Shown here piece after piece: positions 1-10,260 of a stretch of 64,000 nt of DNA (position 1 is its first letter; every line of letters starts with the position of its first letter). This DNA comes from Burkholderiales bacterium (lineage in GTDB: Bacteria > Pseudomonadota > Gammaproteobacteria > Burkholderiales > Casimicrobiaceae): NCBI GenBank assembly GCA_015075645.1, contig JABTUF010000007.1, positions 300,501-364,500 on the forward strand, in the 5' to 3' direction. The notes under the pieces were generated by a model, which was not told where the DNA came from, did no database searches, and saw only the letters and a list, made by a program, of their open reading frames with translations. The position numbers and the translations under genes are program-made.

Positions 1-2465
1 TAGTTGATGACGTAGTCGCAGTCCTGCAGGTTCTGGCCTTCCGAAATGCAGTCGGTGCCGATGAGCAGATCGATCTCGCGCGACTCGTCCGGGCAGATGA
101 CGGCCTTGTCCTTGGAATGCGGCGAGAACAGGGTGAGCAGGCCCTGGAAGTCGTAGCCCTGGCGGCTGCCCGGCATGTGGCCCAGGGTGGAGTGCGGCGC
201 ATCGCTGCCGGTGACCTTGGCGCAGTGCACCTTGTGCTGATGCAGCAGGGGCTTGGCCAGATGGTCGTAAAGATAGGCGGCGGTGTCGGCGAAGGCGGTG
301 AAGATCAGCACCTTGCGGTTGCCGGGATTGATCGGTGAAGCCAGCTTGCTGGCGATCCTGGGTTTTCAGGTGTTGCAGCTTGGCATCGTCGCCCGGCGTG
401 ACCTTGGCCATTTCGGCCAGCAGCGCATCGATGAGGGCCAGGTCCGCCCGCAGATCGCGTTCCCAGGAGGGCAGATCCATGTCTTCGAGGTTGATCTGCA
501 CCTTATTGCCGATGGTGGCGTCGCCGGGCAGCGGGAACTCGTCGTCCTCGTACTCGATATCCTGAAACGCGGCGGTGACGTCGGCAAACGCGCCGGCCGC
601 GCCGGTCTGCCTGAAGCCGGCGATCTTCTCCAGGGCGTCGCGGTGGCAGCGTTGCAGGCTCTGCGAAGGTCAGGCGGAAGGAATGGACGGAACTTTCCAG
701 CCGCTTGAGCAGGTTGGTGGTCATCAGCGCCTGCAGGCTGCGTTCGCGGTCGACCTGCTTGAGCGTGCCGCCGCCGCTCGACACCTCAGTGTCGTACAGG
801 TCCTCGTACTTCTTCAGCCGACTGGGCAAGATGTAGCTGACCGGGGCGTAGACGGCGAGCTTGAGCCGGGACAGTTGCTCGAAGATCTCGTTGAAGCCCA
901 TCACGTCGACCCGCTCGGTCAGCGGCCGATGGAATGACAGAGGTTTGCGGCGCTCCGGAAAGTGGCCGATGTCCTTGGTGTCGTAGAAGGTCTGGATGTG
1001 CTTGCGCGAGCGCGCGATGGTGACGCTATCGAGCAACTCGAAGAAGTCGAAGTCCAGCGCGTCAAGGATGGCGCGTGCGGTGCGCTGCTCTGGCGGCAGC
1101 TTGGCCCAGACGTTGAAGGCGGCCTGGGCGCGGGCGGAAGATGCCGTCGATGTCGCGTTCCGTGCGCAGCTTGTTGTCGAGTGCATCGCTGTCGCCCTCG
1201 TAGGCCAGCGCCAGCTGGTTGCGCAGGTCGTTGAAGCGGTTGTTCACCGGCGTGGCCGAGAGCATCAGCACCTTGGTCTTCACGCCCTCGCGGATGACCT
1301 TGTTCATCAGCTTCTGGTAGCGCGTTTCCCTGTCCTTGAAGACATCGTTGTTGCGGAAGTTGTGCGACTCATCGATGACGACCAGGTCGTAGTTGCCCCA
1401 GTTGATGCGGTTCAGCGGTGTGCCGAACGACTCCCCGCTGGTACGGCTCAAGTCGGTGTGGCACAGGACGTCGTAGTTGAACCGGTCGCGCGCGAAGATG
1501 TTGGTCTTGAGGTTGCGGTTGTAGTTGAGCCAATTGTCGGCGAGCTTCTTGGGGCAAAGCACCAGGACGGATTTGTTTCGCAGCTCGTAATACTTGATGA
1601 CGGCCAGCGCGGTGAAGGTCTTGCCGAGGCCGACACTGTCGGCGAGGATGCAGCCGCTGTAGGTTTCCAGCTTGTTGATCAGCCCGGTGGCGGCATCGCG
1701 CTGGAAGTTGAACAGCTTTTGCCAGATCAGGCTCTGCTGGTAGCCCGTGCGGTCGTTGGGCAGCACGTCCTCGCTCACGTCTTCGAGGAACTCGTTGAAG
1801 ATGTTGTAGAGCATCAGAAAGTAGATGCTCTCGGGCGAGTTCTCCTGATAGACGGAGGCGATGTGCTCGCAGATTTGCGAGGTCACGTCTTCCAGCTTCT
1901 CGGCGTCGTGCCAGATCTGGTCGAACAGGCTCAAGTAGGTGGCCGTGAACGTCGGCTCGTCCAACTTGTTGACCAGATTGGAGACGGCGTTGCCTTGCTG
2001 GTAGCCGAGATCCACGGCCGTGAAACCGTGCAAGGGCATGTAGGCGATATCGCCACCTGCCGACTTCACGCAGGCAAACGGCTGCATCGGAGCCTTGCTG
2101 CGATTGCTCTTGAACGTGGCCTTGCGGCGCAGCCAGTCAGCGCACTCCTTTGCGATGGCGCGCTGGTTAAGTTTGTTGCGCAGCTGAATCTCGAAGTCGC
2201 TCCCGTAGAGGCTGCGTTCGCGGTCGAGCTTGGGGATGTGGAATCTCGCGGCGCTCCTGAGAATCTTGTCGGTCACTTCGTCGGCGACAAAGGCGGGAGC
2301 GGTGAAGATGAAGTTCAGTTCGTCGATCCTTTCCAGCTCGGCCTTCAGCGCTTCGAACGCGTACATCGAGAAGCAGGATGCCGCGACCTTCAGTCGGGCG
2401 CCCGGCTTGAGCGTTTGCTTGAGATCGTCACCGAGTAGGCGGTTGATGTTGTCGATGATTTCCAT
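1..2465 (-). pseudogene. SNF2-family helicase with N-terminal PLD-like domain; 3' end runs off the window; three reading-frame breaks
   Basis: ORF 1062..2465 carries ADSVGLGKT, VVIDESHNFRN and LSATPVNN helicase motifs. The protein continues in other frames: ORF 503..1186 (AAFNVWAKLPPEQR...LESSVHSFRL); an unlisted frame ~360-660 (DIEYEDDEFPLPGD...AKLQHLKTQ); and 1-359 (NRKVLIFTAF...LLIGTDCISEGQNLQDCDYVINY). Shifts lie near 1135, 660 and 359. Confidence 0.8.
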
Positions 2466-2668
2466 CAGTGCTCATCCGGCTTCTTCTTGTTGTGGATGCT
2501 CGCGGCGATCCACTGATCCAGCTCCACACGGCGGAAGCGCCAAGTGCCCCCTAGCTTGAACGCTGGAATCTCGCCGCTTGCTGCTAGGCGATAGACCGTC
2601 CGCTTCCCTGCTTTCAGGAACACCGCGACCTCGTCGATGGTGAGGATCTCGTCTGGCTGCTCGCCCAT
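2465..2668 (-). CDS. excisionase-family (MerR/AlpA-like) helix-turn-helix DNA-binding protein
   Basis: 67-aa ORF with LTIDEVAVFLKAGKRTVYRLAASGEIPAFKLGGTWRFRRVELDQWI. Its stop overlaps the helicase start at 2465, which indicates translational coupling. Confidence 0.75.
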   Translation of the reverse strand: MGEQPDEILTIDEVAVFLKAGKRTVYRLAASGEIPAFKLGGTWRFRRVELDQWIAASIHNKKKPDEH

Positions 2669-3283
2669 CTAATCACCCGCGGGAAGCGGAACATGGGTTG
2701 GACGCCTGCGCATATTGTCGCAGCTGGGCATGATCGTGCAAACTTGGCAAGCCTTGGCGAGGAACGGACAGCTCGCTTTGGTGAGGACGACACGAAGGGA
2801 CCTGAGGGCCCTGGCGTCGCAAGGCGAAGACCAAGATGAGGCCTTCTATCCACGGCCGCGCGATCGGCGCCTCTAACGCAAGACTCGCGCGGCGGTGGGT
2901 AAGCCGCCTGTTCGGACCGACGTTCATCGTGCCGTCCGCACTGCTGACGGGTTGGGCAACTCTGCAGCCGACGGCGCTCTGCCCCAGTCGACCGCTGCGG
3001 TTGCATCGACGCAATCGTTGGCGCAGAGTCGTCGCGTTCGCGCTGGCTGAGTCAGCCCGGCTGATGCCCGTCACCGCATCGCCCCAGCCCGCTCGCGCGG
3101 GCACCAGAGCCGGCCACATCTCCTGAAACCCGGCGGCCGAGAAGGCCTGGAGATACGCGTCAGGCTTCGGCGACGAAGCGCCTGCACTGCCGCAGTCGAT
3201 CGTGCGAGACCGTAGCGGCGTCGATCGAGCAGCCTCTGCTGCAGCTTCGGCCGCGCCCTGTCCCAGCACCACCTGCGCCAACC

Positions 3284-3322
3284 GCGTCGTCACTACGCGG
3301 CGCCAGCCAGTAGTGACGACGC
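3284..3322. repeat. perfect 13-bp inverted repeat GCGTCGTCACTAC / GTAGTGACGACGC with 13-nt spacer
   Basis: Read directly from the sequence at 3284-3296 and 3310-3322. It lies in a ~1 kb stretch without a credible ORF. Confidence 0.6.
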
Positions 3323-3740
3323 GCACGCTGCCCCAGCGCACGTGCGGTTTGCCGGGGCTGTCGCAAGTGACGGCCCCACGTGACGGCCTTCCTGGCGCGT
3401 CAAGACCTCGGACCGCGCAACGTGGTCCGCACCCCGCCCGCTCCCCGCGGGCCTTGTGAGCCAGCGCCGCCCGGCGCACCCAGAGCCCTGGGGCAAGGGC
3501 TCACCCGATGGATCGCCTTCCCGCAGGAAGCGCCATCGGTGCCAACGCCGCGTGCCGCGGCGGCCAGCAATGACTCGGCACGAAACGGGAGTGGTGTCCC
3601 GTGTCCCTCGTGGTTCCCGCAGCGCTTCGGCGCCCGGGACGGACAGAAACACTGACCTGACCGACCAAACACCAGCGACAGCGAGAGATGACAACCGAGG
3701 GGCAGCCGACAGGACGAGGAACGATGCCAGCAGCAGCCGA

Positions 3741-4605
3741 ATGCGCAACCTGAACTACGAGCTGAAGCAGCTGTGCCGTCGCAACCGCGACGGCAGCTTC
3801 GCGACGCAGCGCGATCGCGAGCGCGTGCTCGACCTGGTAGCCAGTCAGCTGCACGACATGGGCTACCGACACATGGCCGCGGCAAGCCTCAAGCCCAAGC
3901 ACGTCGAGCGCCTGGTCGAGCGCTGGCAGGCGGAAGGCCTGGCCGTGGGCACGATCAAGAACCGGATGGCGGAGCTGCGATGGTGGGCCGAGAAGATCGG
4001 CAAGCAGAACGTCATCGCGCGCGACAACGACCACTACGGTATCGGCCACCGGCAGTACGTCACCAACGTCAGCAAGGCGCGCGAGCTGAGCGGCGGTGAG
4101 CTGGCCAGGATCACCGACCCCTACACGGCGATGTCCCTGCGGCTGCAGGCGGCCTTCGGGCTACGGCGGGGCGAGTCGATCAAGATCCGGCGGAGTGGGC
4201 CGATCGTGGCGACCGGCTGGCGCTCAAGGACACCTGGACCAAGGGCGGGCGGCCGCGCGAGATCCCGATCCGCAACGCGGAGCAGCGCCAGGTGCTCGAC
4301 GAGGCCAAGGCGCTTGCCGGCAGGGGCAGCCTCATCCCGGCGGAGCGCAGCTACGTCGAGCAGTTGCGGCGCTCGAGTACCAATGCGCGGCCGCCGGCGT
4401 GCACCGCATCCACGGCCACCGCCACCAGTACGCGCAGACCCGCTACCGCGAGCTGACCGGGTGGCCGGCGCCGGCCGCCGGCGGGCCGCGCTCGCGAGAG
4501 CTCACGCCCTCGCAGCGCGAGCTCGACCGCGAAGCCCGGCTCACGATCAGCCAAGAGCTCGGCCACGAGCGCGAACAGATCACGGCGGTGTACCTCGGCC
4601 GGTGA
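3741..4605 (+). pseudogene. tyrosine recombinase (phage-integrase family), two frameshifts
   Basis: The N-terminal part is in ORF 3456..4700, starting at MRNLNYELKQLCRRNRDGSF...GLRRGESIKIR. The middle part is in a third frame (PAEWADRGDRLALKDTWTKGGRPREIPIRN...SYVEQLRR). The C-terminus is in ORF 4096..4605 (EYQCAAAGVHRIHGHRHQYAQTRYRE...HEREQITAVYLGR). Shifts lie near 4190 and 4368. Confidence 0.7.
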
Positions 4606-4747
4606 CTCTCTCTATTGGATTGCGGACTTTGGCCGGTCGTGACGGGTGCAATCAGATCGTTGTGGCGCACACGTCGGGCAACCCGCATGCGGACGTTTGA
4701 CGTCTGAGCTGCACATTGAGCGCCACAAAACACGGCGCTCAGACCGC

Positions 4748-5490
4748 TCAAGCTGGCATCCCATCCCACGATTGCCCGTTCAGTTCGCGCCCGTGCGCCT
4801 TCTTCGAGCGCTTCTGCCTGTCGGCACCCCCGGCACCCCATTGCTTGAAAAAGAAAGCAACGTCCGCTTCGTCGAGCACTGACGGCGCACGCCTCTCCTG
4901 CCCCACCAGCGCGCATTGGCGCGCGCGCGCCCTGATTCGCCGCCGACGATGACCCAATGAATGTCACTTGAGGTCTATTCGGCCTACGTCTTCCAATAGC
5001 GGTTCCACGGATAGAAAGCGGATCGTCGCGTCTACTTCACGCAGGACGTCAATGCGAGGGACTCCAATCGCTTCACGCGATTCTCGACCGAGACGCCTTC
5101 GCTGTATTGGCGGCACGCGCCGAGTACGGCAGAAGTCGCGCATGCGCTCGGCGCGCTTGGTCAGCACTTGGAAGGTATGCCAATGCGCCTGCGCGCTATG
5201 ACCTGGAAGACACTCTCGACATGGTCGAACGGCACCTTCTCGTGGAAGAGGTCGGACATCGAGTTGACGAAGTAGACCGTCGGCTTACGTCGTTCCAGCG
5301 TGGGCTCAGCCAAACGCTCGGGCATCAATGCGAGCTTGAACCCGCGCTCGTAGCCCTTCAGGCCCATTGCCTGCAGGCGACGAGCCATGCCTTCGGCGTA
5401 GCAGTTCTTGCAGCCAGGCGAGACCTTTGTGCAACCGATGGTCGGATTCCAGGTCTGCTCGGTCCACTCGATGCGACTATAGGTGCTCAT
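4748..5490 (-). pseudogene. DUF5131 (phage Gp37/Gp68) family protein with three-Cys motif; three frame breaks
   Basis: The gene starts MSTYSRIEWTEQTWNPTIGCTKVSPGCKNCYAEG at the ATG at 5490. It continues as AHWHTFQVLTKRAERM...RFLSVEPLLEDVGRIDL (ORF 4964..5167), then [13 protein letters not shown]...RRQC in an unlisted frame, then [13 protein letters not shown]...WDGMPA (ORF 4748..4957). Shifts lie near 5197, 4967 and 4885. Confidence 0.75.
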
Positions 5491-5492
5491 GC

Positions 5493-6675
5493 TCAGTCTC
5501 CTGTTCGTTGGAGGCGGTCGCCATCCTTGCAGTGCAGCGGCTTGTCGGGCGGCGGCGGCTCGCATCAAGTTCCGGACGCGGCCGGCGTCGATCAAGCGCA
5601 CCAGCGACGCCTGTAGGTCGCCGGGGAACCAGTCCTTGTCTTCCAGGATGTCGGCGAAGGCCTTTTCGTCCACGCGGCGCTCCCCGGCAGCGAGATAGTG
5701 GAGCCAGAAATGATCGACGTCATCAGCACTGGCGTGACCGGCCTCAGTATCAACAGCAGTGCCGAACATGTCCTGGACTCCGGTTTCGCGCTCGCGCTTG
5801 GCGTCGCGGAGTTCAGCCCGCACCTGCTTTTGCACCAAGTCCACGGTTTCCGAAATCGTCATGAACTCGATGACGCCCAGTGGATGTGTAGTGACATAGA
5901 CGAGGTGGTACTTGGGCCGTTGTTTTTCGCGGTCTAACACGCGCACATAGGCGGAGCGGGGCGGAAACTGCTTGCGAGTGGCGTCGACACACACCCTCTT
6001 CAAATTGCCGCGGTAGGCCTTCAAGATCGCATGTTCACGCTGTGCTGGCGTCATGTCATCGACGCTGATGGCATCGCCAAGCAACTCTGCCATTTCGCTG
6101 CGCCACTCGCGCATCGACATCGTGCGATTGACGAAGTCGTACATGAAGTTGATCAGAAACTCAGAGCGCGGGCGCTCGAGCAGCGGCTTCAGCGTACCGA
6201 CGCCGACATCCTTCCAGCCCTTTGGGTCGATAAAGAAGAAGGTAAACGCGTCTTTGCCCGCCCATTGCAGGACGTCGGCGCGTTTGGCAACGAAGTCGCC
6301 GTTCCATGCCTCGGCGTGCATGCCGCTGGGGGTGTTGTCGGCCAGATAGGCTTGGAGCCTGGCGAAGGGCCCAGGCTCCTTCTCGATGTACAGCGCGCGG
6401 ATCGTCGCAGAGACGCCGTTCCGGCCGAGCTTCTGCCGCACGACATCTAGCGTTTGCAGCGAGATCGCGATGGACGTGCTCTTGAGATCATCGGAGACGT
6501 CACCCCAGGGCCCCGCGAAGCAGTCGACGTATCGGAGTTCGATGTGCCCGCCCTTCCGGGCTGCGCCGCCCACGATGAAGAACAGCTTCTCCAGGTAGCC
6601 CTTGAGCAGCTCATGCTTGATGAAGGCCTGCTCGCGCCCGTCATAGGCGTCAGGCACCGCCCCGATTTTCGCCAA
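5493..6675 (-). CDS. three-Cys-motif partner protein TcmP-like (as sequenced it reads through into the DUF5131 gene)
   Basis: Part of ORF 5161..6774, with motifs KHELLKGYLEKL, RYVDCFAGPWG, FFFIDPKGW and EFLINFMYDF. The proposed start is TTG at 6675, with GGAGG 4 nt upstream. An alternative frame ends ...DKPLHCKDGDRLQRTGD with TGA at 5493-5495, 2 nt before the DUF5131 ATG. This suggests a 1-nt indel in the GCC-repeat run near 5540. The family call is from memory of TIGR04474. Confidence 0.55.
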
Positions 6676-6691
6676 GGTGCCTCCGTTGACG

Positions 6692-6709
6692 ACCGAACGA
6701 TCGTTCGGT
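6692..6709. promoter_or_regulatory. perfect 18-bp palindrome ACCGAACGATCGTTCGGT (CGAAC-N4-GTTCG, Cheo-box-like); candidate operator of the LexA-like repressor
   Basis: Read directly from the sequence. It is centred in the 45-bp divergent spacer between the TcmP-like start (6675) and the LexA-like start (6721). Confidence 0.5.
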
Positions 6710-6720
6710 AGCGTAAGCGA

Positions 6721-7294
6721 ATGGATGACGACGGTCAATATCTTGATGCACTGCGCGCCTACTACGCCCAGCACGGCGTCCTTCCGTCGTACGCCACCAT
6801 CGGGCGGCTGGTCGGCATGTCCTCCAAGGCCTCTGTGGCCGAGATGGTTGAGCGCCTGAAGCGAGCGAGCTACTTGGACAGCACACCGGACCGCCGGCTA
6901 CAGCCCGGACGCCGATTCCACGACCGTGAAGTAGCTGACTATGTACGTGCTGGCCAGCCGAGTTCCAGCGGCGACATCCTCACAGAGACCCTGAGCCTTG
7001 ATTCCTACCTGACGAGAAATCGCCGCAACACAGTCCTGGTGCGCGTAAAGGGTGACTCAATGACCGAAGCGGGCATTCTGGAAGGCGACATTGTGGTGGT
7101 GACGCGCCGGCCCGATGCTCGTGCAGGCCAGATCGTCGTCGCGATTATTGACGGTGAGTTCACGCTCAAGCGTCTTGCTTTCGAGCGCGGTCGGCCCGTG
7201 CTACGCGCGGAGAACAGCGTCACCCGCCGCCAGGCCGCGCGGCGGATTCGAAGTCTTTGGGGTTGTGGTGGGATTGGTTCGCCGATACCCGTAG
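6721..7294 (+). pseudogene. LexA-like S24-peptidase self-cleaving repressor; one frameshift near 7215
   Basis: ORF 6721..7485 has an N-terminal LexA-type wHTH, an AG cleavage context (YVRAGQP), the catalytic VKGDSM and FTLKRL. The expected C-terminus FEVFGVVVGLVRRYP, with its stop at 7292-7294, lies in the +1 frame. Confidence 0.7.
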
Positions 7295-7384
7295 GTGGGC
7301 AGAGTCGGCGCAGCGGTCACATCAAAGTGCGCGCCACCAGGGTTGGCCACGTGATCGCCGGGCTACCCGTCAGCAGTACTGACA

Positions 7385-7424
7385 GAAAAGAAAACGCCCG
7401 GGCAACCGTGAGGCTGCGCCGGGC
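7385..7424 (-). terminator. rho-independent terminator downstream of the DUF932 gene
   Basis: The minus strand reads CGCCCGG-N17-CCGGGCG followed by TTTTCTTTTC, 12 nt after the stop at 7436. Confidence 0.5.
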
Positions 7425-7435
7425 GAAGGGGAGGA

Positions 7436-8499
7436 CTAGGCGGCGTGGGCCACCTCCTTCCAGTCGCCGGGGGCCAGCTCGATGAGCTTGCCGCCGAGCG
7501 CCTCGAGCTCGGTGGCACGGTCGTAGTCGTCGACGTCCTGCGAGAAGTGCGTGACGGCGTTGACCAGGCCATAGGCGCTCAAGTCGCCTTCGACGATGAG
7601 GTGCCGCAGCACGCCGGCCCGCTCGGTGTCGTTGAGCGTGTAGCGGTTGGCCAGCACCTCGACGGACTTCACCGGGTCGCCCGTCAGACGGATGTCGCGC
7701 GTCTTCTGCAGCTTCTGCGCGACCTGCCGGAACGTCGCTTCGGAGACGGCCGCCTCGACCACGTCGCGCACCTTCAGGAAGAAGGCCCGGTCGTCGGCGG
7801 CGAGGGTGTCGTCCCTGAACACCTGGACCGACTCCGCTTCCGTCGTCAGCGCGCGCCCGACGTGCGTCTTGCGCAGCGCGTGGTCCGACGCGATCAGACC
7901 GTTCCTGCACACCAGCCGGAAGATCAGCGGCTGCACCGAGAGCGTGCCGCAGCCGACCTCCGAGTTGGTGATGACGATGCCGGCCTGGACGATGTCGCCG
8001 GGGGCGACTTCGAACTCGACGCGGGGCGTCACGACCTTCAGGTACATCTTCGTCTCGGTCAGTTCGACCGATTCGAAGCGGGCACCTTCCAGCCGCTGCA
8101 GGATCGGCAGGACGTTCTCCGCAAGATCGAAGTTGTCCAGCCGGCGGTAGCGGTCCGACAGCACCGCCCTCACCTGCCCGTCCAGCGTGCGCAGCATCCG
8201 GCGATCGCCGTCGGACTGCAGCCAGGTGTTGACGTTGCGATCGAGCAGCGCGGGCTGCTCGGTGCGCATGCGCTCGAAGTAGGCGAACGGGATCTTGAGC
8301 TTGTCGGCGAGCTGCCGGCGGCCAGACCCGTGACGCCGTATTCGCCGTCGCCCTGGCGGGAGTCGACGATCAGCTTGAGGTCGCCGCCCTCATCGGTACG
8401 GCACTGCAGGAACGACGAGGGCACGACCAGGTCGCGCTTGGAGGAGATCTGGCGCTCGAGTTCGCGGGCCAGGTCGACGAGAGTACGTCCGCTCTTCAT
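7436..8499 (-). pseudogene. DUF932 domain protein; one frameshift near 8320
   Basis: The C-terminal 277 aa are in ORF 7436..8269. The N-terminus [20 protein letters not shown]...GEYGVTG is in ORF 8170..8553, starting at the ATG at 8499 with a GGAG upstream. The connecting peptide RQLADKLKIPFAYFERM is in the frame of the downstream ORF. Confidence 0.75.
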
Positions 8500-9227
8500 G
8501 GTGAGACTCCATAGAGGTTGCGGAGACGGCCCCCGCCATGCGGGGATGCACATCCCCGCTGGGGTGAAGAACCGGACCGGGGGATCCCGATCCGGATGGG
8601 GTGCGCGACGGAAGTCGCGCGGGGTTCACGGGCTACAACAAGGCCGCGTTCGGCGAACGAGACGGCGTTGCTGCCGGCGATCACGATGTGGTCGAGCACG
8701 CGGATGTCGACCAGGGCCAGCGCCGAACGCAGCGACTGGGTCAGGAACTCGTCGGCCCGGCTGGGCTCGGCGACACCCGACGGGTGGTTGTGCGCCAGGA
8801 TCACGGCCGCTGCGTTCAACGCCAGCGCCCGCTTGACCACTTCACGCGGGTACACGCTGGTCTGCGTGAGCGTCCCCCGAAACATTTCCTCGGGCGCGAT
8901 GACCCGGTTCTGTGCATCGAGGAACAGCACCATGAAGACTTCGTGGTGGCGCTCGGCCATCGTGATCCGCAGGTACTCGCGCACCGCGGCTGGTGAGGCC
9001 AGCATGTCCCGCTCGCGCATCGTCTCGGCCAGAGCGCGACGGACCAGTTCCCTGGCCGCCAGCAGCTTGGCTCCGACGGACGACGACGGCACCTGCTGTG
9101 CCACTTCCGCGTTCAGCAGCCGCGACAGGCTGCCGCTCGCTTCCTTCAACAGATTCGCTGCCGTTCGCGGCCCCACCAGCGTGCTGAGCAGGGCGGCGTC
9201 GGACATCGACTCGATCGATCCGCACAT
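8496..9227 (-). CDS. radC: RadC-family JAMM/MPN-domain protein (3' end probably extended by a 1-nt insertion)
   Basis: The ORF contains HNHPSG and SRADEFLT...LDHIVI...VSFAERGL. A stop that would give the usual ...ERGLL end sits one frame over at 8633-8635. The 45-aa tail as sequenced overlaps the DUF932 start. Confidence 0.75.
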   Translation of the reverse strand: MCGSIESMSDAALLSTLVGPRTAANLLKEASGSLSRLLNAEVAQQVPSSSVGAKLLAARELVRRALAETMRERDMLASPAAVREYLRITMAERHHEVFMVLFLDAQNRVIAPEEMFRGTLTQTSVYPREVVKRALALNAAAVILAHNHPSGVAEPSRADEFLTQSLRSALALVDIRVLDHIVIAGSNAVSFAERGLVVAREPRATSVAHPIRIGIPRSGSSPQRGCASPHGGGRLRNLYGVSP

Positions 9228-9315
9228 GGAGTTCTCCTTCGAATGACGAATGGGGAACTCCTCCCCCAGGGAGCGAGCTCCCCGGGGGATGGATTGAGAC
9301 CGACGATGCCGGCGG

Positions 9316-9757
9316 TCAGAACGGAACGCTCTCGGCTTCGTCCGCGCTCGCCGGTTGCGGCACGTCGATCGACTTGCCGTTGACCTTGGCGAACTTGATA
9401 CGCAGCAGGCGCCCCTTGATGCTGACGCCGGGCTGCCCCTTCCTGTCGCCCTTCTCGAAGGTGAACAGTTCGGGGTAGATGTCGGCGATCCGGAAGCCGA
9501 TGATCACGGCCTTCTCGGCTGCGACATCGTCTTCCAGGCGCTTGACGATCGCCTGAGCGTCAGCACCGCTGACACGGCAGTCGAACTTCGTGTAGCTGAC
9601 GTCACTGTCGCTGCCGCGGAGGGCTGCGACGGTGCAGGCCAGGAACTCCTGGCCCTTCTTCGGCTTCACGGTGCGCACGCGATTGAGATAGCCGACGCCT
9701 TCGACGTGCAGGTTGAAGTACGACGGCTGGCTGCTGGCTTGAGGATGACTCGGACAT
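9316..9757 (-). pseudogene. DUF3577 / STY4534-type ICE protein (SSB-like); N-terminal frame break
   Basis: The body SYFNLHVEGVGYLNRVRTVKPKKGQEFLAC...[13 protein letters not shown] is in ORF 9316..9930. The strong start (AGGAGG-N5-ATG at 9757, MSESSSSQQP) is one frame off, implying an indel near 9730. Confidence 0.6.
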
Positions 9758-10260
9758 GATGGCCTCCTATGACATGGAACACATGGAAATGGAGAGACCA
9801 TCCCCAGGACGGGGATGGGACTCCCCGGCTGGGCAGAAGCACTGACGAAATCTCCGGCCTTGCGGCCACCGGCCTCAGGAGATCTGACCGGTTTCGGGCG
9901 ATGCGTAACGGGCATCAACCGGGCTGACACAGCCAGCGAGAGACTCGGTCGCGCACGCAGCGATCAACGGCACGCGCAAGAAATCGATGCGGCATGCTGA
10001 TCGCGGATCCGATCGGGATGCAACTGCAATGCGGACACGATCGAGCGGCGCGCCGACTCCGTCGACGGCGAGCGTGATCTCGACGAATGCGCCATCCGCC
10101 CCGGCGGCGCGAGGCGACGCGTGGCATCGACGCGATAGCCGCGGAACGACAGCTGCGCGGCGCCGGACAGCGCGGCGACGGCGAGCGCCTCGCGCGCAAG
10201 CACGCAAAGCATCGCCCACTCCGGCGCGCTGGGGTGCCGAGCGCGCGCACGGCGCGTTCG

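Noticed and set aside
2673-3479. 268-aa minus-strand ORF
   Set aside because: The translation is low complexity (Arg/Ala/Gly/Pro/Ser), with no motif, no plausible RBS and no plausible start context.
3456-3740. 95-aa N-terminal extension of the recombinase ORF
   Set aside because: The extension is Arg/Pro/Ser-rich with no family similarity. The conserved integrase N-terminus begins at MRNLNYELKQ (3741).
5161-6774. 537-aa ORF read as a genuine TcmP-DUF5131 fusion protein
   Set aside because: The DUF5131 part has its own ATG (5490). A neighbouring frame gives TcmP a stop 2 nt before that ATG. The DUF5131 part is itself truncated by further frame breaks. A 1-nt indel in the GCC-repeat run explains the apparent fusion more simply.
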